Shown here: piece after piece, positions 11,066-20,600 of the stretch
How the letters are laid out: each line of letters starts with the position of its first letter
How positions within the stretch are numbered: position 1 is the first letter of the stretch
Origin: a virus
Lineage: Duplodnaviria; Caudoviricetes
Reading direction: 5' to 3' (one strand)
Virus record (IMG/VR): IMGVR_UViG_3300035181_001095
Coordinates: 1 to 63,183 of that record
Length of the DNA stretch: 63,183 nt
Notes under the pieces: model-generated
Told to the model about the DNA's origin: nothing
Databases searched by the model: none
Seen by the model: the letters and a program-made list of their open reading frames with translations, nothing else
Position numbers and translations under genes: made by a program

Positions 11066-11950
11066 CTAAATCAATTTACCATTTCGAATAATTACAGCAT
11101 CCATTTGGTCACCAAAACCAACTTGCTGTAAGCCTACACCAGTCAAATCAAGCTCTGGTACTGAAAATATAGCACCTCTACCAGATGCTTGAAAATCTAT
11201 TTTATTATCACTAACAGGCATTACTTGCTGTCCATTATATAGTCTCAAACCAGTTGGACTTGCCCAAACTAAAAATTCAGTATCTTTATAATAAAATGAA
11301 CTAATAGTATTAGGCAAAACACCTTCTTGTGCTAAAATTGTGCGTTTTGGTAACGGAAATTCATCACTCAATAAAGAAATATCTTGCGTTGTGGTGACTA
11401 ATAAACCTGTGGCCAAAACATATAAATTTGTAATAGTAGCATCAAATGGTATGCTATTTGTTGTGCCATCAAAGTCGAAATTAAACGGAAACGTAAAAAG
11501 TAATATATTACCACGATTACCCATTAACCGTGCCTGATAAATAACTAAATTATCACACGGTGGTAATCCACTATCAATATCCTTAAATGTATCCTCAATA
11601 AACATAGATAAGAAATCTGTGTTTCCTATCAAAAATGTATCCTCATCTAACATAGTATAAAAAACAGGTTTATCTTTAGAGGATAAAGAACGTAACATTT
11701 GTTGTTGGTTAGTTCCTAAATTATATAAAAATAAAGAATCATTATCTGTTGAATTGGCTCTGGCAACAAAAAATAAATAATCACCAAAAGTAAAAAGCGA
11801 ATGTGCTTTATAAAATGCTTGAAAAACGTCAAATTTAGGAACTTTGTGTAAACGCCTATCACGAGTCACTAAATAATTATATAAAAATCTAATAGAATTA
11901 TCTTGTAATTTTTGTGACCCTTCAAATTTATTAAAAACTATAGGTTTCAC
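11066..11950 (-). CDS. Probable tail tubular/nozzle (stabilisation) protein, beta-rich
   Basis: 294 aa directly after the adaptor gene, podovirus gene order. Confidence 0.5.
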   Translation of the reverse strand: MKPIVFNKFEGSQKLQDNSIRFLYNYLVTRDRRLHKVPKFDVFQAFYKAHSLFTFGDYLFFVARANSTDNDSLFLYNLGTNQQQMLRSLSSKDKPVFYTMLDEDTFLIGNTDFLSMFIEDTFKDIDSGLPPCDNLVIYQARLMGNRGNILLFTFPFNFDFDGTTNSIPFDATITNLYVLATGLLVTTTQDISLLSDEFPLPKRTILAQEGVLPNTISSFYYKDTEFLVWASPTGLRLYNGQQVMPVSDNKIDFQASGRGAIFSVPELDLTGVGLQQVGFGDQMDAVIIRNGKLI

Positions 11951-12591
11951 AATAACCCTCGTGGTATCCCAGTTGTATGGATATAACTTTGTGTTTGTAA
12001 TAACACTTTTTGTTTCAAGAATTCAACCCATTGATTGAACCGCTGTAAATAACTATCAGCTACTTGACGGTCATAAACTTCAGTATCAGCCTTACGGTAA
12101 GCAAAAGCACAAACACCATCTACTAATGAAGGTTGCCAACTTTCTTCAAATGCAATTGAAGTATTAAGATTACTTACAGTAATAAAGATGGTATCCTGCG
12201 TTCTTAAAAATAATGTACCATCTATTTTGGGGATTGGGTAGAAAAATATCTGTTTTGAAACATTATCAAAATGATATAATTGAGGAATATCAGTCGTAGG
12301 AATCTCAATTATTGAATATAGATTAACTAAATAACTATAATCAACTTTTTGCAATACAGATGTATTAAATTTACAACTTAAAATACCAAAAATACTATTA
12401 TCAACAGTAATTACAGACGAACCAGCCGTAACAGGCATAGTTCTATCACTATGCAATAAACTGGCATTAGTAACTAAATAAGATAATGCTTGATTTAACG
12501 CATCTATTAAGTCATCATCTGACCATAAGAATGGGTCAACCAAGTCATCTAATCTACGTCTGGTTGCATCAATAATATCTTGGTAAGTCAT
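11947..12591 (-). CDS. Head-tail adaptor (tail tubular A-like) protein
   Basis: MT..DII...RRRLDD....LWSD.DL...LN.A and YP.P motifs typical of podophage adaptors. Confidence 0.7.
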   Translation of the reverse strand: MTYQDIIDATRRRLDDLVDPFLWSDDDLIDALNQALSYLVTNASLLHSDRTMPVTAGSSVITVDNSIFGILSCKFNTSVLQKVDYSYLVNLYSIIEIPTTDIPQLYHFDNVSKQIFFYPIPKIDGTLFLRTQDTIFITVSNLNTSIAFEESWQPSLVDGVCAFAYRKADTEVYDRQVADSYLQRFNQWVEFLKQKVLLQTQSYIHTTGIPRGLL

Positions 12592-12783
12592 TTATGCTTT
12601 CCTACCACGCTTTTTATTTGTAGTAACATCCTCTGAATCTGTTTCAGTAGTATCATCGGCAGAATCTATCTCATCGTCATCAATTAGAATTAAATTGGTA
12701 AATCTACGACGTTCTACCTCTTTCTCCAAAATAGGTGTTGCTTCAAATAAAACATCTGTATCTGTATTTTTAATATATCGCAT
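12592..12783 (-). CDS. Small protein downstream of the capsid gene (acidic stretch, basic KKRGRK tail)
   Basis: GGAGG RBS before ATG at 12783. Confidence 0.6.
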   Translation of the reverse strand: MRYIKNTDTDVLFEATPILEKEVERRRFTNLILIDDDEIDSADDTTETDSEDVTTNKKRGRKA

Positions 12784-12792
12784 AAATCCTCC

Positions 12793-12817
12793 AAAAGGGG
12801 GCACCGAAGTGCCCCCC
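12793..12817 (-). terminator. Terminator after the major capsid gene
   Basis: GGGGGCAC-TTCG-GTGCCCCC-TTTT (cUUCGg tetraloop). Confidence 0.85.
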
Positions 12818-12825
12818 TAATTCAT

Positions 12826-13746
12826 TTAGATAGCATACAAATGACCAAACAATTTTGGATATAAAACAGCAAAATCATAAACCGCCAAACCCTTCATAGC
12901 ATTAGCAAAGGTCTGCTGTGGCCTATAAAGCTCATTCTTTGTTAGCTGCATAATATACACTAATGATTTCTTTGAACCAAACACACAATGGTAACCATTA
13001 GCGTCTTTAGCTAACAAATTCGAGGTATAAAAGCTAAAATTGGCTACTGACCCAACATCCATAGTGCGAACAATAGATTTATTATCACCCATTTCATGCG
13101 CCATGCGAAGGTCAGAAGTCATAAATTTAGCCATAATAGCAGGCGGAACTACCATAAACCTATCAGTTTCTGGAACATCCTGCTCATCGAGAGCCTGCCA
13201 ACAACGAACAATAACATCAATCGCAGCATTATTAGTAGAACCAATAACTACAGGTGCTCCAGTGGCACCTAAATTTAGGTTATGACTTATTTTACCAGCC
13301 GTTACACCCTGGTTATTAGCATCAGCCTGTGTATAAATAGTCTGGAAAAATTCAGTATCATACACAATCTTTAACTGATGGGCTGCATCATCACTGAATT
13401 TAGACATCCAATTCATATCCATCTGTTTAATATCAATATCATCAATTGCAAAATTATAATACTTTGCACGATTGATTGATAATTCAACAGCAGGAGACTC
13501 TGGATATTCTAACTGAATCTGTGCTCCTTTCTGGTAATCACGAATGGTAATATTGGGAACAGTACGAATTATAACACGGTCACCAACATTCTTAAGGTCA
13601 CCAAAATAATCCGTTACAGAAATCTGCGTAGCAATAGTTTTAGCATAGAACTTTTCAAGAGTCTTGCCCGCAAATATCAAAGGAATATATTTCGACGCAT
13701 CATCAAATGTATAATCAGGATAGCCTGCTGCTCTTGCAATAGACAT
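12826..13746 (-). CDS. Major capsid protein (HK97 fold, P22-coat-like podovirus type)
   Basis: IPLIFAGKTLEKFY...TDY.G.LKNVGDRVIIRTVP signature; follows the scaffold gene; terminator downstream. Confidence 0.88.
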   Translation of the reverse strand: MSIARAAGYPDYTFDDASKYIPLIFAGKTLEKFYAKTIATQISVTDYFGDLKNVGDRVIIRTVPNITIRDYQKGAQIQLEYPESPAVELSINRAKYYNFAIDDIDIKQMDMNWMSKFSDDAAHQLKIVYDTEFFQTIYTQADANNQGVTAGKISHNLNLGATGAPVVIGSTNNAAIDVIVRCWQALDEQDVPETDRFMVVPPAIMAKFMTSDLRMAHEMGDNKSIVRTMDVGSVANFSFYTSNLLAKDANGYHCVFGSKKSLVYIMQLTKNELYRPQQTFANAMKGLAVYDFAVLYPKLFGHLYAI

Positions 13747-13757
13747 AATAAAACCTC

Positions 13758-14702
13758 CTAAAATTTAATTCGTTTATCCTTCGCAGCAGCCAGAATAGCC
13801 TCTTCCATTTGATTAGCTTTTTCCTTTGAAAGGCGACCTAAACTCTTATCACGGTAAAATTGTTCAACCTGCTGTGCCGTAAATATCGGTTTAGAAGCTG
13901 AATTACTTGTAACCGCTGTAGGTGACCTACCTTTAGGAGGAGCTACCATATTAGAAAATTTAGACTCATCTGCTGCTGACGTAGAATTTTGATTTTTGTA
14001 TGTTAAAAAGAATTTAGCCACTAAATCAACATTCCCAGCATATGCAGCGTCCTGCAACAACTGCTGCTTCGTTTTATTAGTAAAATCAGCTGGCTCCTGT
14101 AGCCAAGTTAGAAAGTCCTTATCAGTATTCAATGTTTCCCAATCAGGAACTTTTTGTGCTAACCTACTATAAAACGATGACATCTGTGCATTCTGCACTT
14201 GCTGGTTTACATTCTGTAAGTCTTGTTTAGAGACTCCATGTTTCTCAACTACTTTCATTACAGCTTTGTATATTTCTGGAAAATCCTCTTGAAGCTGTTT
14301 AATTTCTGGCTCAAGCTCTTCAGTGTCCTGTTTCTGAACTGGCTGTTGAGCAACCTGTTGAGCCACTAACTGTTCAAACAGTTCAACTTTTGCCTTTAAT
14401 TTTGCAGACTCATCTCTTAAACCTTTAACTTCCTGATTAAGCCGAGGAACTTCTGCATTATACTTTCCCTGTAATGTTTTATATTTGGTTTCCCAATTTT
14501 CCGTAGTATCTTGAGATGGCTCAATAGTCTGTTGAGTCTCATCGTCGGATACAGAAGATACCGCTGGTGTTACTCCAGTCTGGTCATCAACTGTTGTAAG
14601 TTGATTATCATTTGACTGAACAGGCGGTGTGGTTCCATCACCAAAAAATTCTTTTGCCAACGCATCCGTCTCTGTTCTAATTTTATCTATTACTTCTGTC
14701 AT
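13758..14702 (-). CDS. Capsid scaffolding protein
   Basis: WETKYKTLQGKYNAEVPRL, VPDWETLN.D..FL.WL, C-terminal AAKDKRIK; position before the capsid gene. Confidence 0.78.
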   Translation of the reverse strand: MTEVIDKIRTETDALAKEFFGDGTTPPVQSNDNQLTTVDDQTGVTPAVSSVSDDETQQTIEPSQDTTENWETKYKTLQGKYNAEVPRLNQEVKGLRDESAKLKAKVELFEQLVAQQVAQQPVQKQDTEELEPEIKQLQEDFPEIYKAVMKVVEKHGVSKQDLQNVNQQVQNAQMSSFYSRLAQKVPDWETLNTDKDFLTWLQEPADFTNKTKQQLLQDAAYAGNVDLVAKFFLTYKNQNSTSAADESKFSNMVAPPKGRSPTAVTSNSASKPIFTAQQVEQFYRDKSLGRLSKEKANQMEEAILAAAKDKRIKF

Positions 14703-14714
14703 AAAAGCTCCTTA

Positions 14715-15134
14715 TTAACCCATATAAGCACAAATAGCTCTAACTTTTACTGCACCCTTAATAGTAACTGCACCAGTATATGTTGGAACAATGTTTATAG
14801 TATCGTTTGCAGTATATCTACGAGCATAACCATAAGAACCAGGAGTAGTAGTTACACTACCAACTGCGCCCTTTAAATCAACAGTGTTTATAAATCCCGT
14901 AGCATTCTCTGTATCACCAAGTGTTGCGGCAGCACTCGTAGCAGCATCAGATGCTTTCACAATTTCAACCTCGGTGCCTAATACACGAGTACCTGTCCCA
15001 ACATTCAATGCCTCAACTGTATCACCAGAAGCAACATTAAGCGCATCAAAATCAACCAGTGCATCAATAACAAATACTTTCTGTGCACCACGATACGGAA
15101 GACCAGAACCTTTAGTTGCATTAACGATAGCCAT
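14715..15134 (-). CDS. Capsid cement/decoration-like protein
   Basis: 139 aa, beta-rich A/T/G/V composition, in the head operon. Confidence 0.55.
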   Translation of the reverse strand: MAIVNATKGSGLPYRGAQKVFVIDALVDFDALNVASGDTVEALNVGTGTRVLGTEVEIVKASDAATSAAATLGDTENATGFINTVDLKGAVGSVTTTPGSYGYARRYTANDTINIVPTYTGAVTIKGAVKVRAICAYMG

Positions 15135-15166
15135 TTTAATGACCTCCTATAAGAAAATTTATAAAA

Positions 15167-15195
15167 AATATAAAGTAAAATAAAATTTATGTCAA
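15167..15195 (-). promoter_or_regulatory. Sigma70-type promoter for the cement-scaffold-capsid operon
   Basis: TTGACA-17 bp-TATATT. Confidence 0.7.
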
Positions 15196-15200
15196 GTATA

Positions 15201-15473
15201 TTAATGTTCACCATTTAATGATTGCTGTTGGGCCTGCATTTTAATAATTGAAACTGCAATCTCAATTACTAAATTAAGTGCCCAATTAGCCCATTTCCAA
15301 CCAGCTTCTTTCAAATTAGTAAAAATAATAGCTCGTTTCTCATCACCAGATAAATTTGGATTTTCATTTATTGCTGCAACAGCTTGTTTAACATTGTCCC
15401 AAGCTTCTGGTGCTGTAATCCATTTAGCTAACCCAATCAAAGCATTCTGCTGAATTATAGTTGAAATATTCAT
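15201..15473 (-). CDS. Lysis-cassette small protein (holin-like)
   Basis: 90 aa; SG.EKR motif and hydrophobic C-terminal helix; adjacent to the endolysin. Confidence 0.45.
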   Translation of the reverse strand: MNISTIIQQNALIGLAKWITAPEAWDNVKQAVAAINENPNLSGDEKRAIIFTNLKEAGWKWANWALNLVIEIAVSIIKMQAQQQSLNGEH

Positions 15474-15721
15474 GTATCACCTCCTGTTGGTAATCCAATT
15501 CTTTTACTTGTGGCAATCGTTAAAATAATGTTAACAACAGCCACAATTCCACCAGCTAATAAATTAACCATATCCTTATCAATAGGTAATTGGTAATTCT
15601 GAACAACAAAAAACAAAATCCCTGCCACAACGTTAATAGCATTCTGAATATGTTTCCAAGCAGTGGCATTAGATAATTCATAACCTTTATAAATAACTTG
15701 CCACCAATCTAAAAAATTCAT
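15470..15721 (-). CDS. Holin, two transmembrane helices
   Basis: Two hydrophobic segments and C-terminal TSKRIG; GGAGG RBS; next to the endolysin. Confidence 0.65.
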   Translation of the reverse strand: MNFLDWWQVIYKGYELSNATAWKHIQNAINVVAGILFFVVQNYQLPIDKDMVNLLAGGIVAVVNIILTIATSKRIGLPTGGDT

Positions 15722-15738
15722 AAAATTACCTCCAACCA

Positions 15739-16224
15739 TTAATACCAAGGCATAATTGCACTAACTTTATTTACATAATCAGCATTAACAAAAGTACCAT
15801 CATTGTTTAGTAATGGCTTACCAGCATTATAAGCTGAAATTACACCTTTAACGCCATACTTATTAGAATAATTCTTCCACAACATTGCTAAATATCTACA
15901 TCCAACATCAATATTAACTTCAGGATTAAATAAAGCTGAAAGCCGTTGGTTAAAACCTATACTCCTTGCAGTTGACCCTAACATTTGCATCAATCCCATC
16001 GATGATGATAATAAAACTAAAGTAGTATCAATAGTTTCGGGTGGAACAACTTTGAATGAGTCAGATTTCTGTATGTATTTGTCATATAGACTCTTTTCAA
16101 AGCGAAAGGATGTTTCATCCCAACCACTTTCAACTTCTATTATAGCTTTAACTAATGCTGAATCTAAATTGTATTTAGCCGCTATTTCATCAACAATTTT
16201 AAGTAAATAGTCTTTGTTTTGCAT
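15739..16224 (-). CDS. Endolysin, SLT-type lytic transglycosylase
   Basis: AII.VESG, GLMQ, NI..G..YL and AYNAG motifs. Confidence 0.92.
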   Translation of the reverse strand: MQNKDYLLKIVDEIAAKYNLDSALVKAIIEVESGWDETSFRFEKSLYDKYIQKSDSFKVVPPETIDTTLVLLSSSMGLMQMLGSTARSIGFNQRLSALFNPEVNIDVGCRYLAMLWKNYSNKYGVKGVISAYNAGKPLLNNDGTFVNADYVNKVSAIMPWY

Positions 16225-16629
16225 TCAACGCACCATAAATAACACCATAGGAGTAGTTTTTGGATATGAATAGGTCTGACCATTTGCTGTAAAATTCATC
16301 ATATCATTATCATTAGCCAAAACACAAGTTAAATTATAAGTATTAGCATTAAAAAAACACCTAACAGTATCAATAAGAAAAGATGAACCAGAACAATTAA
16401 AAGTCAAGTTAGAAATCTGGTAAGATAAATTATCAGTAGTCCACATCAACATTGTCTTACATACACCATAATCATCACAATCAATAGATGATGTCTGATA
16501 AGTCATACCATTAAATGACCCAGTTAATGTCTTACCATCAACAGGGCACGAGCCAATAAGAAATGCATCAGCCTTCTGGTAAATCAACAATCCTAATAAT
16601 AGCAAAAATACACAAAATTTTTTCATCAT
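16225..16629 (-). CDS. Exported Cys-rich protein with signal peptide
   Basis: MKKFCVFLLLLGLLIYQKADA signal-like N-terminus; six Cys in the mature part. Confidence 0.6.
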   Translation of the reverse strand: MMKKFCVFLLLLGLLIYQKADAFLIGSCPVDGKTLTGSFNGMTYQTSSIDCDDYGVCKTMLMWTTDNLSYQISNLTFNCSGSSFLIDTVRCFFNANTYNLTCVLANDNDMMNFTANGQTYSYPKTTPMVLFMVR

Positions 16630-16664
16630 AATACCTCCGTTTTTAGTTATTTTAATTTCACCAC

Positions 16665-16970
16665 CTATTCGGTATTACTTGCAGCAAGTCGTTTCGCAGT
16701 CATGCGTTCAACAGCTGCATTGTATGCTTCGGTATCATCTATTTGTGCCTTCAAGGCCTTTATTATTAACTCAACCTTCTGCATCTGTTCAATAGTAATA
16801 GATAGTCGTGACTTTATATCATCTTTATCTGACCCATCTGGTAAACTTTCAAGCATATTCTCAAAGTTAATACGGTCAAAATCATAGTGGAAGTATTCAA
16901 TCTCACGGGCATAAATAGCATCTGCGATAACATCATACTTGTAATTAGCGGGTAATTGTGTGTAAAGCAT
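16665..16970 (-). CDS. Hypothetical helical protein, possible tail-fibre chaperone
   Basis: 101 aa downstream of the propeller gene; AAGGAG RBS. Confidence 0.5.
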   Translation of the reverse strand: MLYTQLPANYKYDVIADAIYAREIEYFHYDFDRINFENMLESLPDGSDKDDIKSRLSITIEQMQKVELIIKALKAQIDDTEAYNAAVERMTAKRLAASNTE

Positions 16971-16985
16971 AATTTATATCTCCTT

Positions 16986-18023
16986 TTAATTTGAAGTAAA
17001 TGCTACACCATTGCCATTACCAGCAGGTAATGTAGCAGGGTCGGCAAACTTGGTACCAAATCCAGACGATGACCATTGATATGCCGAAACATAAGGGCTA
17101 TTAGTATGTGCAATGGCAATCTCCGTACCAGCAGGCGAAAATGCTACTCCATATCCATCCCCAGCAGGTAATGTGGTAGGGTCGTTAAATAGGGTGCCGA
17201 AACCAGACGATGACCAATGATATACTGAAACATAAGGGCTGTTAACATGCGCAATGGAAATAGCAGTACCATCAGGGAAAAATGCTACACCATCACCAGT
17301 ACCAGAAGGTAATGTGTTAGGATTGGAAAACTTGGTACCGAAACCAGATGACGACCAAGAATATGCTGCAACATAAGGACTTCCAGAATGCGCAACAACA
17401 ACCGCAGTACCATCAGGCGAAAACACTATACCATTGCCAGTACTTGTAGGTACTGTGGAAGGATTTGCAAACTTGGTACCAAATCCAGACGATGACCAAG
17501 AGTATGCCGAAACAAAAGGCGTAGTAGCATGTGCAACAGCAATAGTAGTGCCATCAGGAGAAAATGCTACACCATCTCCAGTACCAGCAGGTACTGTGGA
17601 AGGATTGGTAAACTTAGTACCAAATCCAGATGATGCAGACCACGGATATGCCGAAACATAAGGGCTATTAGCATGTGCAACGGCAACCACAGTTCCATCA
17701 TGGGAGAATGCTACTCCATATCCAGTACCAGCAGGTAAGGTAGCAGGACTTGTAAACTTAGTACCAAATCCAGATGATGACCACGGATATGCTGAAATAT
17801 AAGGGCTGGTAGAATGTGCAAGAGCGACAGCATTACCATTAGGTGAGAATACTACACCACGGCCAGTATTAGGTGGTAATTTAGCAGGATTGGCAAACTT
17901 AGTGCCAAATCCAGCCGAAGACCAAGAGTATGCCGAAATATAAGGGCTCGTAGCATGCACAATGGCAATTTGGTAATGTGCACTTACTGAAATACTATAT
18001 TGTATAATACCTGGTGTAAACAC
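16986..18023 (-). CDS. Seven-bladed beta-propeller (WD40-like) receptor-binding/lectin-like protein
   Basis: Seven ~45-aa repeats (GVAFSPDGT.IAVAH..SPYVSAY.WSSSGFGTKF.NP.T.P.GTG); likely GTG start at 18023 overlapping the upstream TAG. Confidence 0.8.
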   Translation of the reverse strand: MFTPGIIQYSISVSAHYQIAIVHATSPYISAYSWSSAGFGTKFANPAKLPPNTGRGVVFSPNGNAVALAHSTSPYISAYPWSSSGFGTKFTSPATLPAGTGYGVAFSHDGTVVAVAHANSPYVSAYPWSASSGFGTKFTNPSTVPAGTGDGVAFSPDGTTIAVAHATTPFVSAYSWSSSGFGTKFANPSTVPTSTGNGIVFSPDGTAVVVAHSGSPYVAAYSWSSSGFGTKFSNPNTLPSGTGDGVAFFPDGTAISIAHVNSPYVSVYHWSSSGFGTLFNDPTTLPAGDGYGVAFSPAGTEIAIAHTNSPYVSAYQWSSSGFGTKFADPATLPAGNGNGVAFTSN

Positions 18024-18592
18024 TAACTCGTCAAGTCTCCTAATAATACCCACACATCAGTATCAGTTTTGATAAGTGAAACCCCAACCCATTGTGCCGA
18101 GATGCTCTTATTCCCTGCTTTGGAGTTGATAGTTACACCTGATGCTGGGCTAAATGTAACCTTCCCAGCGCCTGTTTGGATACAGTTGATTTGTGTCCCG
18201 ATAGAAAATGCAACGGAGGAATTTGCTGGCACTGTAACCGTAATGGCGGAAGCATTGTTAAGAGTTATCAGCTTCGAGGTATCTGTAAGCGCCAGGGTAT
18301 AGGTAGTTCCTGTCTGGGCATTTATCGAAAAGATATTAACACCTGCTATCGCTGCATCAAGCTGTTGTTTTGGCACCGCTTGCAATGCTGTTGTTGCGTT
18401 ATCTGAAAGCACCAGCGGGCCTGTCATGGTATCACCAGCTTTCGATACAGTATTAGTGGTGTAAGCAATGGAACCCGTAGTATCTGTAACATATAAATCA
18501 AACCCAGACCCATTCCGCACCAAATAAACGGTATCAGCCACTATAGGATTTGGAAGATTTGATACTACCTTTGCAAAGCTAATAACTCCCAT
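18023..18592 (-). CDS. Tail fibre-related protein
   Basis: KAGDTMTGPL..A..KQ motif and INAQTGTTYTL...WVLLGDL C-terminal module common in phage fibre proteins. Confidence 0.7.
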   Translation of the reverse strand: MGVISFAKVVSNLPNPIVADTVYLVRNGSGFDLYVTDTTGSIAYTTNTVSKAGDTMTGPLVLSDNATTALQAVPKQQLDAAIAGVNIFSINAQTGTTYTLALTDTSKLITLNNASAITVTVPANSSVAFSIGTQINCIQTGAGKVTFSPASGVTINSKAGNKSISAQWVGVSLIKTDTDVWVLLGDLTS

Positions 18593-19159
18593 TTACCACC
18601 CCGCTGTCTCCAGTCTTGCCCTGGGTGGATTACCACCATAAATTAAATTCCCATTTGCGTCCTCATCAATCTTACTCAATTGTGTCATATTACTGTGAGT
18701 ATGACTATTAGTAACCGCAGTATCAAGCTGGGCAGGGGTTGACGATGGCTTACCAGTTATCTTGTCCCATGTTAACTGTAAGTCTAATGACTCATATTCA
18801 GTCAGTTTAATCCAGCTCGAATTAGCATCACGCCATACATAAGAAGCTGAACCAGATGAAACAGTATTATCTCCTGTGGCATCAAGCACAAGAACATACA
18901 TCCCATTATGCTTCGTCAAGGCATCTCTATCGGAAATAGTGTTAACAATTATAACACCACCCCCAGCCGCAGATATAGAAGCATCAATCATTGCCTGAAC
19001 GTCATCACTGGTAATAACACGTTTGGTAACTGTTGCATCAGCATTCGTAACATACATCTCAACATAATTGGGCTTGGCCGCAGGCGCTACTAAATAAACT
19101 GCATGACCGTCTAATGTGGCTGGTAACGCTGTAACTTTGTGAATTTTAATAACTGCCAT
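18593..19159 (-). CDS. Virion structural/fibre-associated protein
   Basis: 188 aa; N-terminus resembles that of 18023-18592; W..I.GKPSS and HTH.N...L.K motifs. Confidence 0.6.
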   Translation of the reverse strand: MAVIKIHKVTALPATLDGHAVYLVAPAAKPNYVEMYVTNADATVTKRVITSDDVQAMIDASISAAGGGVIIVNTISDRDALTKHNGMYVLVLDATGDNTVSSGSASYVWRDANSSWIKLTEYESLDLQLTWDKITGKPSSTPAQLDTAVTNSHTHSNMTQLSKIDEDANGNLIYGGNPPRARLETAGW

Positions 19160-19168
19160 AATAATCTC

Positions 19169-19387
19169 CTACCAATGAATTGTGCCATTTAACACGGCTG
19201 AACAATAAATACCATTATCAGAACCTAGTGTAATTGTATTATCAGTATCTTTACTTATACTACCAATACCAGGAGGTCCCGAAGGTCCTGGAGGACCTGG
19301 TAATACATTATCGGATAGAACAACAGGTTGCTCTACGATACAAACATTTGTGTTATCACTTGTATAAATAATTATTTCATCACTCAT
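19169..19387 (-). CDS. Small protein with short collagen-like GPP repeat
   Basis: GPPGPSGPPG; ISKDTDN.ITLGSDNG. Confidence 0.6.
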   Translation of the reverse strand: MSDEIIIYTSDNTNVCIVEQPVVLSDNVLPGPPGPSGPPGIGSISKDTDNTITLGSDNGIYCSAVLNGTIHW

Positions 19388-19389
19388 AG

Positions 19390-19728
19390 TTAATCATGTG
19401 TTACATCTTCAAGAATTTGTAGCATATTTTGCTCATATGTTTTACGCACACCATTAGCATGAGTAACTTCTAAATCATATTTATATTTTCCAACAGGTAA
19501 ATTCATCTGACTATAAGGCACCTGTAAATCAATACGACCTTCAAGTGGTGTTATAGTCAATAAATTATTTGCACTCGTTGCCTGTAACACAAGTGTTTGT
19601 TGACTATCTCGTAAATACAACCGAGCTGACGCCCCTGTTAAATTTATTGGTGCTTCGGTTGCATCTTTCAAGACCCATGTGCGCAACCAGGTATCACCAC
19701 GAAATAATTTAACATCCATATCATTCAC
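19390..19728 (-). CDS. BppU-N-like/Ig-like fibre-attachment protein
   Basis: RGDT...PINLTG.SAR...G.I.L....G.Y.YDLEV...G pattern. Confidence 0.6.
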   Translation of the reverse strand: MNDMDVKLFRGDTWLRTWVLKDATEAPINLTGASARLYLRDSQQTLVLQATSANNLLTITPLEGRIDLQVPYSQMNLPVGKYKYDLEVTHANGVRKTYEQNMLQILEDVTHD

Positions 19729-19932
19729 CTAACCCTTAAACGTTGGGTCAATTTCTTTCTGCATAGCAAAAGCCTCTAATGGTAAAAAATAATAACAAAA
19801 CCCTTGCTGAGGACTCGCCATAAAATTAGAAATAACATTATCTTTATGCTCAAGATGATGTGATATATTCCTAATACAACGCTGTTTTAATTCACAACCT
19901 TCATTATGACAAATAGAAAATTCAATCTGCAT
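19729..19932 (-). CDS. Small Cys-containing hypothetical protein
   Basis: C....C.....C.R...C pattern, 67 aa. Confidence 0.55.
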   Translation of the reverse strand: MQIEFSICHNEGCELKQRCIRNISHHLEHKDNVISNFMASPQQGFCYYFLPLEAFAMQKEIDPTFKG

Positions 19933-19934
19933 AG

Positions 19935-20168
19935 TTACACCTTCTGAAATATTAGCAGTGCTAAATTTATAACTACTGATGTTAATGTCATAATTAAAAT
20001 AGTATAAAACTGGTTAATTTTACTTTCTAATTTTTCAAGAAGTTGAGAAAGTTTAGCAACTTCTTTATGTCGTTCATCACAATATTGCTTAAAAACAGCA
20101 TTTTGGGATAATATTTCATTAATTAAATTCCTAACTTCTGACTCATCTAAACATGGAGGTGCCGCCAT
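19935..20168 (-). CDS. Small membrane protein (coiled coil plus C-terminal TM)
   Basis: 77 aa with hydrophobic C-terminus; GGAGGTGG RBS. Confidence 0.6.
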   Translation of the reverse strand: MAAPPCLDESEVRNLINEILSQNAVFKQYCDERHKEVAKLSQLLEKLESKINQFYTILIMTLTSVVINLALLIFQKV

Positions 20169-20179
20169 TTACCCACCTC

Positions 20180-20365
20180 CTATTTCTTTTTAGCCATTTT
20201 TCTAAACGTTTTAGCTAATGCAGCTCTCTTTTTGGTAGTAGGATTAGGACTATTTAACCCTTGCTGAATACATTCATCAGTAACTTTACCACCACACTGC
20301 TGTGTAAAAGCTCCTTTTTTCAATGTAGGTGCCAACTTTGAAAGCCATTTTTTATCTTTAGCCAT
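20180..20365 (-). CDS. Small basic protein, probably DNA-binding virion core
   Basis: 61 aa, Lys-rich, GAFT..CGGKVT.ECI..G..S.NP...KRA.LA. Confidence 0.65.
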   Translation of the reverse strand: MAKDKKWLSKLAPTLKKGAFTQQCGGKVTDECIQQGLNSPNPTTKKRAALAKTFRKMAKKK

Positions 20366-20370
20366 GGTTA

Positions 20371-20598
20371 TTACCCTCCAAAAGTAAGTTTATTACGCAA
20401 AATACCAACGATTTCAACGATTGCCGCTGTATAGCCCTGTAAAAACCTTACAGTGCCTATTTCAGAGGCACCTAATAATAAGTTAACTTGTGATGATATT
20501 AACTCTTGTAATGTATTAACTAACCTTTCTTTATGCTCAATTGGCAAACTATGTAGCACCCTTTGTAAATCTTCATTAGTTGTTATCTTTGATGACAT
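20371..20598 (-). CDS. Small protein downstream of the portal gene
   Basis: 75 aa; R.LQG motif typical of post-portal genes. Confidence 0.55.
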   Translation of the reverse strand: MSSKITTNEDLQRVLHSLPIEHKERLVNTLQELISSQVNLLLGASEIGTVRFLQGYTAAIVEIVGILRNKLTFGG

Positions 20599-20600
20599 CG

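Noticed and set aside
16986-18023. Repeats in the propeller gene as a diversity-generating retroelement TR/VR pair
   Set aside because: No reverse transcriptase in the genome; repeats are in-frame blades, not an adenine-specific pair
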